A DNA stretch of 64,000 bases from Vicugna vicugna (taxonomy: Eukaryota), in the NCBI GenBank assembly GCA_013265495.1, contig MU058287.1, positions 434,001 through 498,000 on the forward strand, in the 5' to 3' direction. Position 1 is the first letter of the stretch. Every line of letters starts with the position of its first letter. Below the pieces are notes generated by a model. The model was not told where the DNA came from, did no database searches, and saw nothing but the letters and a program-made list of their open reading frames with translations. Position numbers and translations under genes: made by a program. Shown one piece after another: positions 23,840 through 36,110 of the stretch.

Positions 23840-25130
23840 ACTGATTCATTCATCCAACACAGTGGTGCTGGGAGAACAGAGCCCAGTCTAGGTACTTCTT
23901 GCCCTGAGGCAGCTCACAGGGAGTGGGGGAGATAGATGAGCGCCCCACCAACTACAATCCTGTGTGAAAAGCACATAACAGAGGTACACATGGGATGTTA
24001 CAGCCCTGTTCAGGGAGAGCCTTTGCCTGGCTTGGAGGTTGAGGAAGAGTCAGGAAGGGGAGACATTTGACCTGAGGTTTGAACAATCAGTGCTGGTCGG
24101 TGAGTTTGGCCAAGTTAGGAAAAGTGGAGGATGGCGCTCCAGGCAGAGGAGACAGGGGTGCAAATCTACTGTGAGAAGAGGAACAGGGAACCACAAATAG
24201 GTCTGCACACAAGAGAGCAGGGTGTGAATAACAGCAAGCAGGAAAGCGTTTGCGACAGGTAGAGAAACCCTGATGAGCCACGTCGAGAAGTGTACACATG
24301 AACATGTGTCCTGGGTACTTGTTGCAAAGGAATGTAAATGGGGGAGCAGCAGAGTCTTGTGAGCATTTTGGAAAGATTATTCTAGGAATGAGACAGGGAG
24401 TCCAGGGGAAGAGAGTGAGCCTAGAAGCAGAGTCCCTTTAAGGGAAAACAGAAGGTGAAGTTTCAAGCTCAAGTGGCAGTGGAAGGGCAGGGATGAAATG
24501 CGTTCTGGAGGTATTTATTTTAGATGGAAAACAGACAGAAGAGGTTCATGGGGGAGGAAGGGTTCAGCTCTGGGAATGCTGACTGCCAAGTGTCAAGGAA
24601 ACACCAAGAACAAGCCCCATTGGATTCCTGAGAGACCAGTAAACAAGTCTGGACTGGAGGTAGAAATTTAGGAGGCATCTGTGCACAGCTTAAAGCTGAA
24701 GATGAGATTTCCAAGGAAAAACTATGTGAACTGAGTGAAGACAAGAGACTGGACCCCTGGGGAGCACTGGGTCAGAACAGATGGAAATAAAAGATCCTGA
24801 GAAGAGGGTAAGGAGGAGGCAGAGAGGCTGGAGGAATAGCCAGTGAGAGGACTACCCTAGAAACCAGGCAAACAGCTCAGAAAAGGCATAAGTCATTCAG
24901 AGTGTGAAGGGCTGCAACAGGGGTCAGACTAAGTCAGACCTGAGAGGTCACCAGTACAGCTGGCAACTAAGTACTCAAAAGTGACCTTGGCCAAAGCAGC
25001 CCCACGCAGCAGTAGGCGTAGAAGTCTTACTGTAGATGGTAAAGAAATATAAGTGAGAAGAGAGGACTCTAAGGACAAAGGACTAGCAAGTGGATGCTAC
25101 TCTTTCTAGAAGCTTGGTTGTGAAAGGAAA
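23840..25130 (-). mobile_element. Long L2 LINE fragment
   Basis: Starts ttcattcatccaac (reverse L2 tail), followed by ~1.3 kb of purine-rich L2-like sequence. Confidence 0.7.
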
Positions 25131-26849
25131 ATGCATGGAGGGATATAGGATTGAGGGTTTCCTTGAGGGCATGGAGTGCCTGGCACAGTGTCTGGCCCAT
25201 GAAACGCACTCCAATATATATTCACTGAGTGAACGCTGAAATGATGAATTGCTGAATAACTAATAATGAGCAGGGGAAGATTTCATGTGTTCTGAAGTAT
25301 TTTGTTACTCATTTACTTATTTTCAGAAAAGATGATGACCTAAGGGATAAACCCAAAAGGGAGGCACAGGAGGCCTGGAAGGATGGTGGGAGCACTCAGG
25401 CTGTAAGCGATGGAGAGTGTCCAGTGGGCTGAGATTCATGTGCAGAGAAGAGGCATATGTGCCCCAGCACGATGGCAGCTGGCAAGGGGAGCTACCCGCT
25501 AAGGAAGTGGACATGAGGAGCACGGACAGTGTCACCAGGTGATACGGTACACAGGATGGCAAATGATGATGACAAATACCATAGTAATCTACTGTGGATT
25601 ATTCATGGAAAGTGGGAAATCCTTCCAAGGGCCCTTTCAATCCTACCAGTGACCTATCTTCCGAAACAATGCAAGTCAATGCTCTAAAGCAGAGGCATCT
25701 TTTCTCTGTCCTAAACCACACAAGATATCAAGGAAGTAAAGTGACACCTGGAGTCATGGAAATTGAAGAGGTGGGAAACTAGGAGCTATTTAGAGCAGAA
25801 CCAGGAAGGCATGGCTGACTTTGGAGAAATGGACCTGTATTTGGACAGTTTTCACAGCAAAACTGGAATCATCCTGCCCGCCCCACAGGGTTGCTGTGAG
25901 AATCATTGGTGAAAGCCCTTTTAAATTATTAAGGGCAAGCTGTATGATCGAGTTGCTATAAGGGCCTCCATGGGTATTAATCTACCTCTTTTGCTTGCAT
26001 CCCTCACTTCTGTCCCTGCTCTCCCTTTTCTTACCCCCTCTGCTTGGGTTGGTTTTTTCATTAAAAGATATCATGTGTGTAAAGTGTCTGACATCACACC
26101 TGGAACATGGGCATGTGTGTGCCAATAAATGTTAATTACTAACCCTTCCCATCTTTTCTCGTTCTCTTCCTGCTGCCTGACTATGGCCTGTGGGTGATCC
26201 CAGGGACGTTTGCCCCTTGCCAAAAAGAGCTTTCAGGAATGGTGACTTCTGAGTCTGATTTGGGGCAAGTCACAACTTGGGGGCCTAATTATGAAACTGA
26301 TAAAGCTTAGGTTGTAAAATCATCTGCTGAATCCGCAGAATCTCCATTGCCCATTTTGCACAGTCCTACAAGGCATGGTGGTAAAGTAGGTGACTCCCAA
26401 CCAACAGCAGATGGAGCTGGGAGACCCGTCTTTCCGCTAGAAAGCACCGACTCAGATTTAAAATTTCTGTTATTTATTCAGATATTTGGAAGACTGGCCT
26501 TTAAACATGACGTAGGAGCCTACCCAGCAGACAGAAACCCGGGGATGTGGGCATAGGTGGGAGGTAGGGAGGGCTTCCAGGACAAGGGGTGAGAGGGGAA
26601 GGTCATTGGCCTTGACTTAAGGAACTCCAGGATCTCCCACGAACCCACCAGCAAGTCTAGTGCTTTGGCACTGCAATTTCCTACCCGTAAACTAGGGATG
26701 ATCCTTTCGGTTCCATCCCCTCCACCCCCCAAATGAAAACTGCACTGTTAATCTTGACCTTGCATCCCAGCTCCTGAAGCCCCAACTTTGGTAATTTGAG
26801 GCCTGCTACCTGGGTGACGAGCAGAGGGGACCCTACTGCTGCCATCCTC

Positions 26850-27780
26850 CAAAGGGCAGTGCCTGCGCCCAGGGGGAGGAGCAGCGGGCAGGTTCGCGGG
26901 CACAGAAGGCGGCCCAGCTCCGAGCGCTGCGGCTTTCGCCCGCGGGAGCGGGAGCCGGCTGTAGGCGGCTCCTTCCTGTGCAAACTTTTCTGTCCTCTTC
27001 CTCCTCCCGCCCTCCCCACCAGCTTCTCGGCGCCCGGCGTCCAGCCTCCCCGCCCTTGTCGCTGCCTCGGGGTCGCCGCGCGCGGGGCAGCGCGGTCCTC
27101 GGCGCCGGCCCCACCCCGCGCTCCGGGCCGCCGGGAGCCGATGGCCGAGGCGGGCAGGAGCCCCGCGGAGTCCTCGGGCGAACCGGCCGGGCAGGCGGCG
27201 GCCGAGGTCCACGAGCCCGAGGCGCCCGCTCGGCCGCCGGCGCCTGCCCTGCGCAGGCTGCCCGGGGACCCGAGCCCCCGTGGCCGCTCTCAGAGCGACC
27301 TGTCGCCGTGCTCGAGTCGGGGCCGCCCGCTCCGGGTCCACATCTCCGGCTCAGGTAAGGGCGGCTGGGCGCTGGGCCAAGGGAGGGCCGGCGGGGGCAG
27401 GTGGTTGCGACGGAGACCCGGCCAGCGCGGCCGGGCCGGCTGGCAGCGGGAAGGGAGAAGCGTCTTGCAGGGGTGGGGGGGCGGGGTGCAAAGCCGAAGT
27501 CCCCTTCCCCCGCCCTCGCCGTTGCCCTCCTTGGCTGCGGGCGGCTCGGCATCCTCGTTCGCAGATGCTCCAGCGCGGCTACAGCCGGGGCGCCGGTGGT
27601 CGCGCGTTTCTCCGGGGCGAGATGCTGCCTCTGCGATGGGGAGCGCTGCCGTGCGGCGCCGGGAGCACTGGCTGCCCTGGATCTTAGGCTTGTCCATCAG
27701 GAAGAGGACCCTTCTCTCGGTCTTCAGCGCGACTTCGGTCCCTCGGAAGGGTGCGGTCCTCTTATTCGAGTTGTAGGGGG
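26850..27780 (+). promoter_or_regulatory. CpG island / PHACTR2 upstream promoter
   Basis: About 900 bp of very high GC and CpG content around the exon, with several GC boxes and no obvious TATA before the exon. Confidence 0.88.
27141..27354 (+). CDS. PHACTR2: Phosphatase and actin regulator 2, far-upstream alternative first coding exon
   Basis: ATGG at 27141, 71 codons + 1 nt (MAEAGRSPAESSGEPAGQ...PRGRSQSDLSPCSSRGRPLRVHISGS), strong donor TCAG|gtaagg. Phase 1 fits joining to the common PHACTR2 exon starting (V)DGLDK as recalled. RGRSQSD matches the PHACTR3 N-terminal motif and resembles PHACTR1 RVRSKSD. Synteny with FUCA2. No downstream exon is in the window. Confidence 0.8.
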
Positions 27781-29559
27781 AGGCGGTGTTGGGGCCAATG
27801 CAAATCTTGAAACCCTCTCAACTGCTCTTGCTTCTGAAATGAAGCCTTCTGCGGGGAGGAGGCGGAGGGCGGTTACTGGCCAGAGGACCCGGGGTGTGAG
27901 TTTTTCTTCCCTATAAAACCCCACACAGGTGGTGTTGAGAGTGTGGCCGTGCTGTCGGTTCATCTGATCCTTCAGTGTCTGACAAAGCCTGGAGCCAGCA
28001 TCTCTGCGGTAGCGCCGGCCCTCTGGCCCTTGCCTGGCGCCCTGGCTCCCCTCTGCGCAGTGTGCGCTACCAGCTCGGGCTGCTCTGTGCACCGACGGGC
28101 AGAACCAGGCTGAGAGCCGGTGCTGCCAGCGCCGAGCTGTGTAACGTGGGGCCAGTCACTTAACCTTGTCCCTCATATCTCGGTATTTAAAGTGGGAATG
28201 AGAATGTGGAACCACCACGTGGCAAGGTTATGGGGATTAAATAATTAATCGCTTTTAAATGCTTTTGAGCAAAGCATTATCTTGAGAACTGGAGAACTGT
28301 TTTTAAAAAGTCCACAGGACTTGTTAAGTTTCTACAGATTGTTTTCTGATTTGCAGTCTAGGGAGGATGAGTGGGAGCTGGTTAAGCTGGGACTGAAGCT
28401 AACATCAAAGCTACCAACAGCCGTGACAGGCCAGTGCACCCACGCTCCCGTCCGCCATTACCCACCTCAGGCTCTGTGCCCAGGGGTCAGGCCCTGGCAA
28501 CTCACTCCTACCTGAAGCCTAGTTTCCCCTTCAAAAAGGTACATTTCCATGTCTCTGACTCCACTTCACCCCCAAGCTAGCTCCATGTTCCATCAAAGCC
28601 CTCTTTCTTATTCTTCTAACATCATTTTTGTTACACAGTGTGTATGCTTAGAAAACATCAGAGATATTGGTGATCTGACTTTGCAGATCAGTTTGGTTAA
28701 AGCAGGTCAGAATTGATAAGTACAAGCAGTGGTTATGAGACGTGCATCAAGGGTCTTCTGTCAGGTTCACGTTGTAGAAAGTGTTGAGTTGAATGCATTT
28801 TACCTCCTGGTGTTTCTGTCTGGGCCAAACTGAACTCTAGCCATGGATAATCTTGATTGATTTTTTAGAAAGATGAACCGTACAGATGACTCTAAAGAGA
28901 CAACCGAAAATTCGTCCAGTTTGTCACTGTCAATAAACGAAGCATAGCTTGTATCACCATTTCTCCCTTTCATAGATGGAAGTTAAGGCTCACGTGCAGA
29001 AACAGGGCAGTAAAAACCTTTTAAATATGGTGGTGCAAAGCATACATCACACGAACTGTGGGCTTCAATTTATAAAATTGTTCTACTTCAAGGACTCTGT
29101 CTTCTGTGCACTCTTAAATGATATTAGGAAGTGACAGCTTTTAGCTGAGTTGTCCCCTGCACCCCAGAATGCTGACCATGTGTGAGAGAGTGAACTTCTA
29201 TGTGACTGTATTTCGTCTTCAGAACTGAGCCTGGGATTTCTTTAAGAGCAGGCTCAAGGTGATGAGGAGATCCCCACATTTCTTAAGAATCAGAGAGAAA
29301 AAGAATGAGTTGATCCTTCATTGACACACACACAGTATTTTCCCCCAGAACCCCGCAGCCTCTGCCGCCAGGCCGGATGGATGGAGAATCAGTCAGATGA
29401 CTGGGCTGGATAACGGAATTGTCTTAGAGGCACAATAGAAAGATTACAACATCTTGGGAAAACATTCTGTGGCCTGATGGAGGGTAGCCCGATTCCCAGG
29501 CCCTCCCCGGAGGTTCTGGGCACACAAGTGGGCGGTATCCAAAGCTGGGTCATATGAGG

Positions 29560-29860
29560 CAGCACTGGCCTCACCTCAGAATCTTGGACCCCACCCTAGA
29601 CCTGCTTAATCTCAATCTGCAACTCACAAGATCCCCAGATTGTTTTAGGCACATTGACATTTAAGAAACATTACTCTCTGCCACTGGTTTTCGAAGCTGA
29701 TTACGCATAGGAGTCAGTTGGAGAGTTAAAAAAAATCCCACCACCCTACAACAAAACAATTTGTGGCTGGATCTCAGCACCTGGGATTCTGATTTTATTG
29801 GCATCAGGTGCACCCTGGGCATTAGGTGATTCTCGTGTGCAGCAAGGTTTGAGAGCCACT
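29560..29860. mobile_element. Adjacent MER5-like hAT fragments
   Basis: ccccaccctagacctgcttaatc...tttaagaaacatt and ggtgattctcgtgtgcagcaaggtttgagagccactg. Confidence 0.6.
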
Positions 29861-30080
29861 GTGCTATGGCCTGTATGTCCACACGGCTCGCTGCCATATG
29901 TCTTGTGACACTGTGACCAGGCTTGGCCTGAGCAAGTGTGAGGTTGAAGAGTCTTATTTAGTACGTTCTCACATCCCTGTTGGTATTGTTTTCTGTTGCT
30001 GCCACCTCCCAAGTGGCTTTTACCACCCTGCTTCTTGATTTTGGTTAGTTGTCAAGAAGTCCTTCCTAAGAGTTAATTTC

Positions 30081-30241
30081 CTTAAAAAAATTTATTTCTT
30101 TTTTTTGGGGGGAGGGCTTATTTATTTATTTACTATGTTGTATTGGTTTTTTATTTATTTTTTTGATGGAGGTACTGGGGATTGAACCAGGACCTCATGC
30201 ATGCTAAGAATACACTCTACCACTGAGCTATATCCTCCCCT
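30081..30241 (-). mobile_element. Camelid tRNA-derived SINE (Vic-1-like) with 15-bp TSD
   Basis: Minus strand ggggaggatatagctcagtggtagagtg...ggttcaatccccagtacctcc (A and B boxes) plus A-rich tail; perfect TSD CTAAGAGTTAATTTC at 30066-30080 and 30242-30256. Confidence 0.9.
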
Positions 30242-33200
30242 CTAAGAGTTAATTTCTGCTATTGAGTGAATTACCTGGTATGAGACCCTAGGAGAGTGTT
30301 GAGGGGTAGGGGACATCATATGTTGCAGTGGCGTGTGGCCGGGAGGAAGAAGAGGAGGGGCAGGAAGAGAAGACTAGAAAGTATCCTTCAAGGGTTATCA
30401 GAATAGAGCCTCACTCCAGAACACCCACCCATCTTGGCTACCCCCACCTGTCACCCCACCTCCCACCCCTACTTCCTCTCTGCCTTTCTCTCCACGAAAG
30501 AATAATAAAAACTTGAAACTCGAAAAGTTTGCCTACTGTGCCAACAAAAGACAGTCCAATACAAAAAAAAAATTTTTTTAAAGACCAGCTCTGTGCTAGC
30601 ACTGTGTTGATGTGTTGATATCACAAGAGAATCCACTTCCTCTGTCTGTGCTTTATTATTGGATTTTTGTCAAGAAAAGCATCTCTGGCTTCAGCGGCTT
30701 TTATTTAACTTGTGATTTGAATGGTTAATTTTCCACGTGATAAAAATGCACTTGCTTTGCCAGCAAAAACTCTAGTTTTAAATTTTAAATTTGTACAAAA
30801 AATGTGAAGAAAGCCACATATTTTCAAATAAGCACATTTACAAATATAACTCAGGTTATATTGGAATTGATACATCAGCCCTTTTACTGAGCTTAGAAAA
30901 ACGGGGGTTGGTTTTGCTTTATGAGTTTTGAACTCGCAGTTCTGAAATTCAACAAAAGTTCTGGATTTTTAAAGTTTCGTTCTTTGTAAATAAAGGTGAT
31001 GTTTTATCCATTTAAAAGAATAAAGTCCCCAAACAAGCTTTGCATAGTAGATGGACAGGTTTTCTCTTAATTTTCAGGCCAAAGTTTTTCCGCATTAGGA
31101 GCTTTAATACATTCAGTGGATTCTGATGTGCTTTTCTGATAAGCCCAATGTTTTGTGAATAAAGAAACTTAAGACACAGCCCAGGACTTATTCCTGTTGT
31201 AAGCGCTCAGCAAGTACAGCAAGTACTGACTATGGACCTGCTGTGTGCCAGATGCTGTGCTGGACTCATCGGGCTGTAGGGAGAACCAAGAGGTATTTGC
31301 TGTCATTAAGCGATGACTCTTAGTCTTGCACTTAGGGCTGCACAGAACAGAGAGCATCTGAGCCACCTCAAAAAGGGCAGTATGAGTAGAGGGAAACTTT
31401 ATCAGCTTGGTGTCCAGACACAGTCTCTGCTCCTTTGGTACCCTGATGCATGCCTCCGCCATCCCCTTCTCCTCATTATATATATAGGTGTATAGGTAAT
31501 GGCAAATCCAGTATCTTTTTCTTGAGTCTTTCATCCTTAGTGTGTTCAGTGCTGAGTGGAGTGAGAAATCTAGCCAGCCTGGAAGTTCTGTCAGTCCATA
31601 CCCACTGCTGACTGGCCACGGCCACCAGGTGCCACTGTCCAAGGCGGATTCTGCACCTGATGGTCACCTGTCCCTCTGGGGGAGGTTCTTGCTTGTCCAC
31701 ATCTTGCTAGCGCTCCCAGTGCCCTCTAAGGTTATAACTCTTCCAGCTGGTGCTTGCATGTTTAGCCATTGCTCCCCAAAGCATAATGCCATGCCGTGCC
31801 AGGGTGGCTGAGTCCTGGGGGCTCTTGGGCATGGTCACAGTGTTTCCCAGGCAGGAACTTGGACGCCTGCTCACTTTCCAATCATGTAACTCAGAGTGAT
31901 TTTTCACCAAAGACCATCTGGCTCTGAGTTTACTTTGTCTCTGCCTTCTCACAAGAGAGTAAAGCCATCTTGCCAGGAAAAGCGGGGCAGCCTGGGTGGT
32001 ACAAAACGTGCTGAGCAGAACGGACAAGGGAGGCTCAAATCCAGCCTGTGCCCTGCCCTGGCCAAGCTGTACAGCGCCCCCACCTCCCCCAAGGAGGGGA
32101 GCCTTTTCTTTGTGCAAAGGCTTCTCATCCAGCTAGGCGCTGACTGCTGGTCAGGCTTTATCCCAGAAGAGGTGCCTTTATTTAATGCTCACAGAGGCAA
32201 GTAGTGATGTAGGCTGATGATGGTCCTGTTCCCGAGGTGAACACTTTAAAATTCAGCGTCACCTGTTACCCTGTAGCAGAGGCTGAAGCTCTGAAAGTTA
32301 TCTTCACCTATTAGGTAAGGATGTGCCTGTTAAGTCAGCTTGCACTTGACCTGGAGCTGAGACTGGAGACTTGTCAGGAACTGAGGCGGCCCCAGGGACC
32401 AGTTCCTTTCTGTCTCCGGTGCTTCCTCCAGGGTGGCCCAGCCTCCCCGACACTCAGCTTCTCTTTGCCTCTCTGCTTTCCCATCTGAACAGATACTCCT
32501 TGGCAGGTGCGTCCTCATCTATCTACTCACACAAACACCACGTCATAGTTCCGGGCCTGCCACAACTTCTCTTTGCTTCCTCTTCAATCTTGTCCATATA
32601 TTGACCTGGAAAATGTTCTTCATCGCTTTTAGTTCAAGTCCCTAGAAAAGATCCACTGTTGGAAGCCTAGGTCAGAAGTCACACCGAGGTCCCAGAGACA
32701 CTGTCCTTGATCTGATACCCACCCAAACTCAAGCCAGTTGTAACCTGGAGAGCGTAGTCATCACATGGTGCCAATAAGGCCCTTTAGAAAGCACTGAACC
32801 TGGGCAGTTTCTGTTCACTCATTTAATTAATATTTATCGAGGCAAGGGCTACTATGTGCCAGTCACTGTTCTAGGCTCTGGGTGTACAGAGCTGGGCAGA
32901 TATGGTTCTGCAATTTTGGGAGTAAGATTAAAAGCAGAATGGATTGCTTTCAGCATCCTAACAGCAGCATGTCTAGTGGTCTAAGCTATTGTGATTTTCC
33001 ATGATTATGCACAAAAAATGACTGATAATGGTGATGATTACCATTGTTCTTACTTTCAGAGGATACACAAAGAGCTCATTATACCTAACTGGTAAGCTCT
33101 AGGTGACATCAGCAGTTCAAGGGTAGCCCTGAGGCTGCTGGCAAAGCTGTAGATTTGTTTTGAGCTCCAGCTACTGCAGAAGGTACACTAGGCAAGGGAG

Positions 33201-35789
33201 TATATTTTGATTCCTTGTTCATTCATTCAATCAACAGACAGCTAGTGGGCTAAACACAGAGGCTGCAAAAATATCCCTGAGGAACTCACAGCCTAGTGGA
33301 GGAAAGACGGGCAAATAAACAGATGACTACAGTGCAGTGAAGTCTGAGCTATGACTAGTGCCCTGTCCTGGGCCTTGGGGAGACCCCAGAAGCCTCTGTT
33401 ATAGGAAATGGCTTGGGGGGAGGGTAATCAAGAAGAGCTTCCTGGAGGAGGTAAAACCTCTACTATCTCCAGGCAGGAGGAGGAAGAGGAAGGTGGAGCT
33501 GGGTGGGGTGGAGGAGTATTTGGGGAGAGGAAACAGTACAGAAAAAGCACCAAGGCCTGAAGCAACGGACATCTTCAGAAAACACTCAGTAGTGCATTTG
33601 GCTCTCAGTAGGGTCCTGGGGGAGAGAGGGAGATAGGCTGGGCCAGGACCAGAGTATGAGAACTTCCTGTGTCTGAAGGGAGATACATTTCAGGTGACAT
33701 TTGTAAGGCATTTGCAAGCTTGATGGGGGCATGTTCTGAGTGTGTTCTGACATGGACGCTGAGGGGCAGTGGTGAAGAGAACACAGCCGGTTGAGATTTA
33801 AGACACAGAATCACGGTTGCTATCGGTGCGATCTTGGTCAGCTTACTTCCTCTCCCTCCGCTTGGCTTCCTTCTGTCTGACCTGGAAATGATTAGTAACA
33901 GTAACACCTAGCTCATAGGGTTCATGCGAGGCTGAGACTGTGAGAAGTGCTTTTGGACTCTAAAATGCCATGAACTTGGTGGCACCTTGGGTGCACATCT
34001 GTTACAGGACTCACTGTGATACATTACACTGTGTCCTTCTTCATGTTGTCATAGCATTGAAAACAGAAACTGTGTTTCTTTGACTTCTGCCTTCTCAATG
34101 CCAGACACCGGCCCTGGTATGTGGTAGGTGCTTACCAAATACTTACAGACTTAATGCATGAATTCCCTAAAAGTCAGCTCTTTTGACATCAAGTCATAAA
34201 TCAAAACATAAGTTAAAACATTAGGCAAAGTGATAAAAATATAAGTGGAAAGTTGGGTAGAAGCTATGATTTCTAAATGTTTACAACAAAACAAACAAAC
34301 AAAAACCCTCCAAAATTAACTGGAGTGTTTTTGAAGAGCTGCTCACGAGATTATTAGCTCTTCCTCGGGAGGATCGTGCCAGCCACCCTTCACAGCGTCT
34401 ATGGAAGTGGTCTGTGAAAGGGCAGTTGTGAATGTCAGTCCAGCCTCAGCTGGTGATGGTGGGTTCCAGGGAACAAGGATTCTGTAGCCTCCTTGCTGGG
34501 CCTTGCTGGGAGTTGGACACCAGAGTGTAGGCAAGAGGGCTTAGAAGGGAGTGAACTCTCATGCTAATCCAGCCCTGCATTATTTACACAAGCTATCACA
34601 TTTCACCGTTATAGCAACCCTGTGACGGAGCTCTGTGTCAAATCCACTTTTTAGCTAAGAAAAATGGAGTGACCCTCTGTCCCACAGACAGCAGGGAAGT
34701 GGTCGGATTGACACCCACGTCTTTAGGACCTCACCGCTCACACTCTTTTCCTTCCCTGGCAGGACTTCAGTGCATGTCCATCGCCCTCGTAGAAAACAAC
34801 TCGTCTGTGCCCCCACCAACAGGGAGGACGTCGAATCACGTCCTACTGTACAAACACTACTCTGAGATCATCAGAATGAACATCTGTTTCTGTCAGAAGG
34901 TCGTTTTCAGGCCCCAGTCAACTTTCTGTCTCTTTTAAGGTATATCCAACACTTGAGATTTCTAGCGTAAACAACCCATCTGGTTTAAACCGTGACGCGA
35001 TTCTGGGATCCCGTATTTCCAGGCGAGCGCGCTTCAGTTATCATTACTTAGTTGTGTTCTTCTGACCTAAAACTACTCAGTTTTGGAGTCGTGTGTGTAT
35101 CTTGTCTCAAAGTACGAGTGTAGTTTCAGTTACAGTGAAGCCCAGGAAGCACACACTGAGGCAGCGTTAGTGTTTTCAGAACACCCTGCGGGTGACTCAT
35201 TATCTTTGATCACGCTCGCTGAAGTCTGCACAGAGGAGAGAGGGCTGCACGACTTGCCTTAGAAAGGTTTCTGAGACCTGGCTTACTGCGTGACCTATTG
35301 GCTAACGCTTGACATTTATATACCTTACTTAGCAGTTTCTCGATGCCTCTGTGAGGGCTTGAGAAAAAGTAGCTACTGCTTATCCCTCACAACAGGAAGA
35401 AACGTGTGACTTAAAGAAAAGCACATTATCCCCAGAGCTCAGGACTGGGACGAGGGCAAGAGTATCATCGGTGTGATGCTTCAACTTGGGTCCGCAGCTC
35501 ACGTCTTTTAAATGAGTGACAGATAATTTATGGCCGTGATTCAGGTCATCAGGGTTGGTCTGTAATCGTTTGCCTTCGTGTTACGTTTTAACCTACCTGA
35601 ACGGCATGCCTTCTTTACAGGTATCATTTGTATCAAATAATAAGTAAGAAGCTAACATCAATAACAAACAGTTATTAAATCCCTCTTCTCCAACCTACTG
35701 GGCTTTATAAAGCTTGGATTTCTGCTCCGAATGCCTGGATGAAGATAACAGAAAGATGTGATGATGATAAAGAACATGACTTACATTTA

Positions 35790-36110
35790 ATAAATGTAGT
35801 AGAACTTATGTCTTCAAATGAATGTTATCTTTTAAAATTGTCAGATGCTTACTCCAGCGAGGGTCTTACTGGGTGAAAGTGTTTAACACAGTTTTATGAG
35901 TAAAGGTTTTGTGCCCTTATTTTATCCCCTTGCTCTGATTACCGCACAGTTGCAGCTCTTTGGGAAAATCATGTCTAACTTTCAGAGACAAAAGTTTACT
36001 GTCAGTGGTGAAGATCTGAAGAGACATTCCAGAAATGGCCAGGATAGCGGCCACATTGTCCCCCAGAATGGTTATTTTGGTGGGAATAATGCTCATTTGG
36101 ACACCTAAGT
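35790..36110. mobile_element. Possible ancient mariner (MARNA-like) remnant
   Basis: cattccagaaatggcc...ggttattttggtgggaataatgctcatttgga resembles a mariner transposase 3' end; highly diverged. Confidence 0.4.

Noticed and set aside
26681..28163. Many long overlapping ORFs (up to 326 aa) on both strands
   Set aside because: Expected stop-codon scarcity in a CpG island; Arg/Gly/Pro/Ala-rich. Only 27141-27354 has an ATG, a donor and a family motif.
30165..30241. tRNA-like sequence
   Set aside because: Has an A-rich tail and 15-bp TSD and deviates from a canonical cloverleaf; it is a SINE, not a tRNA gene.
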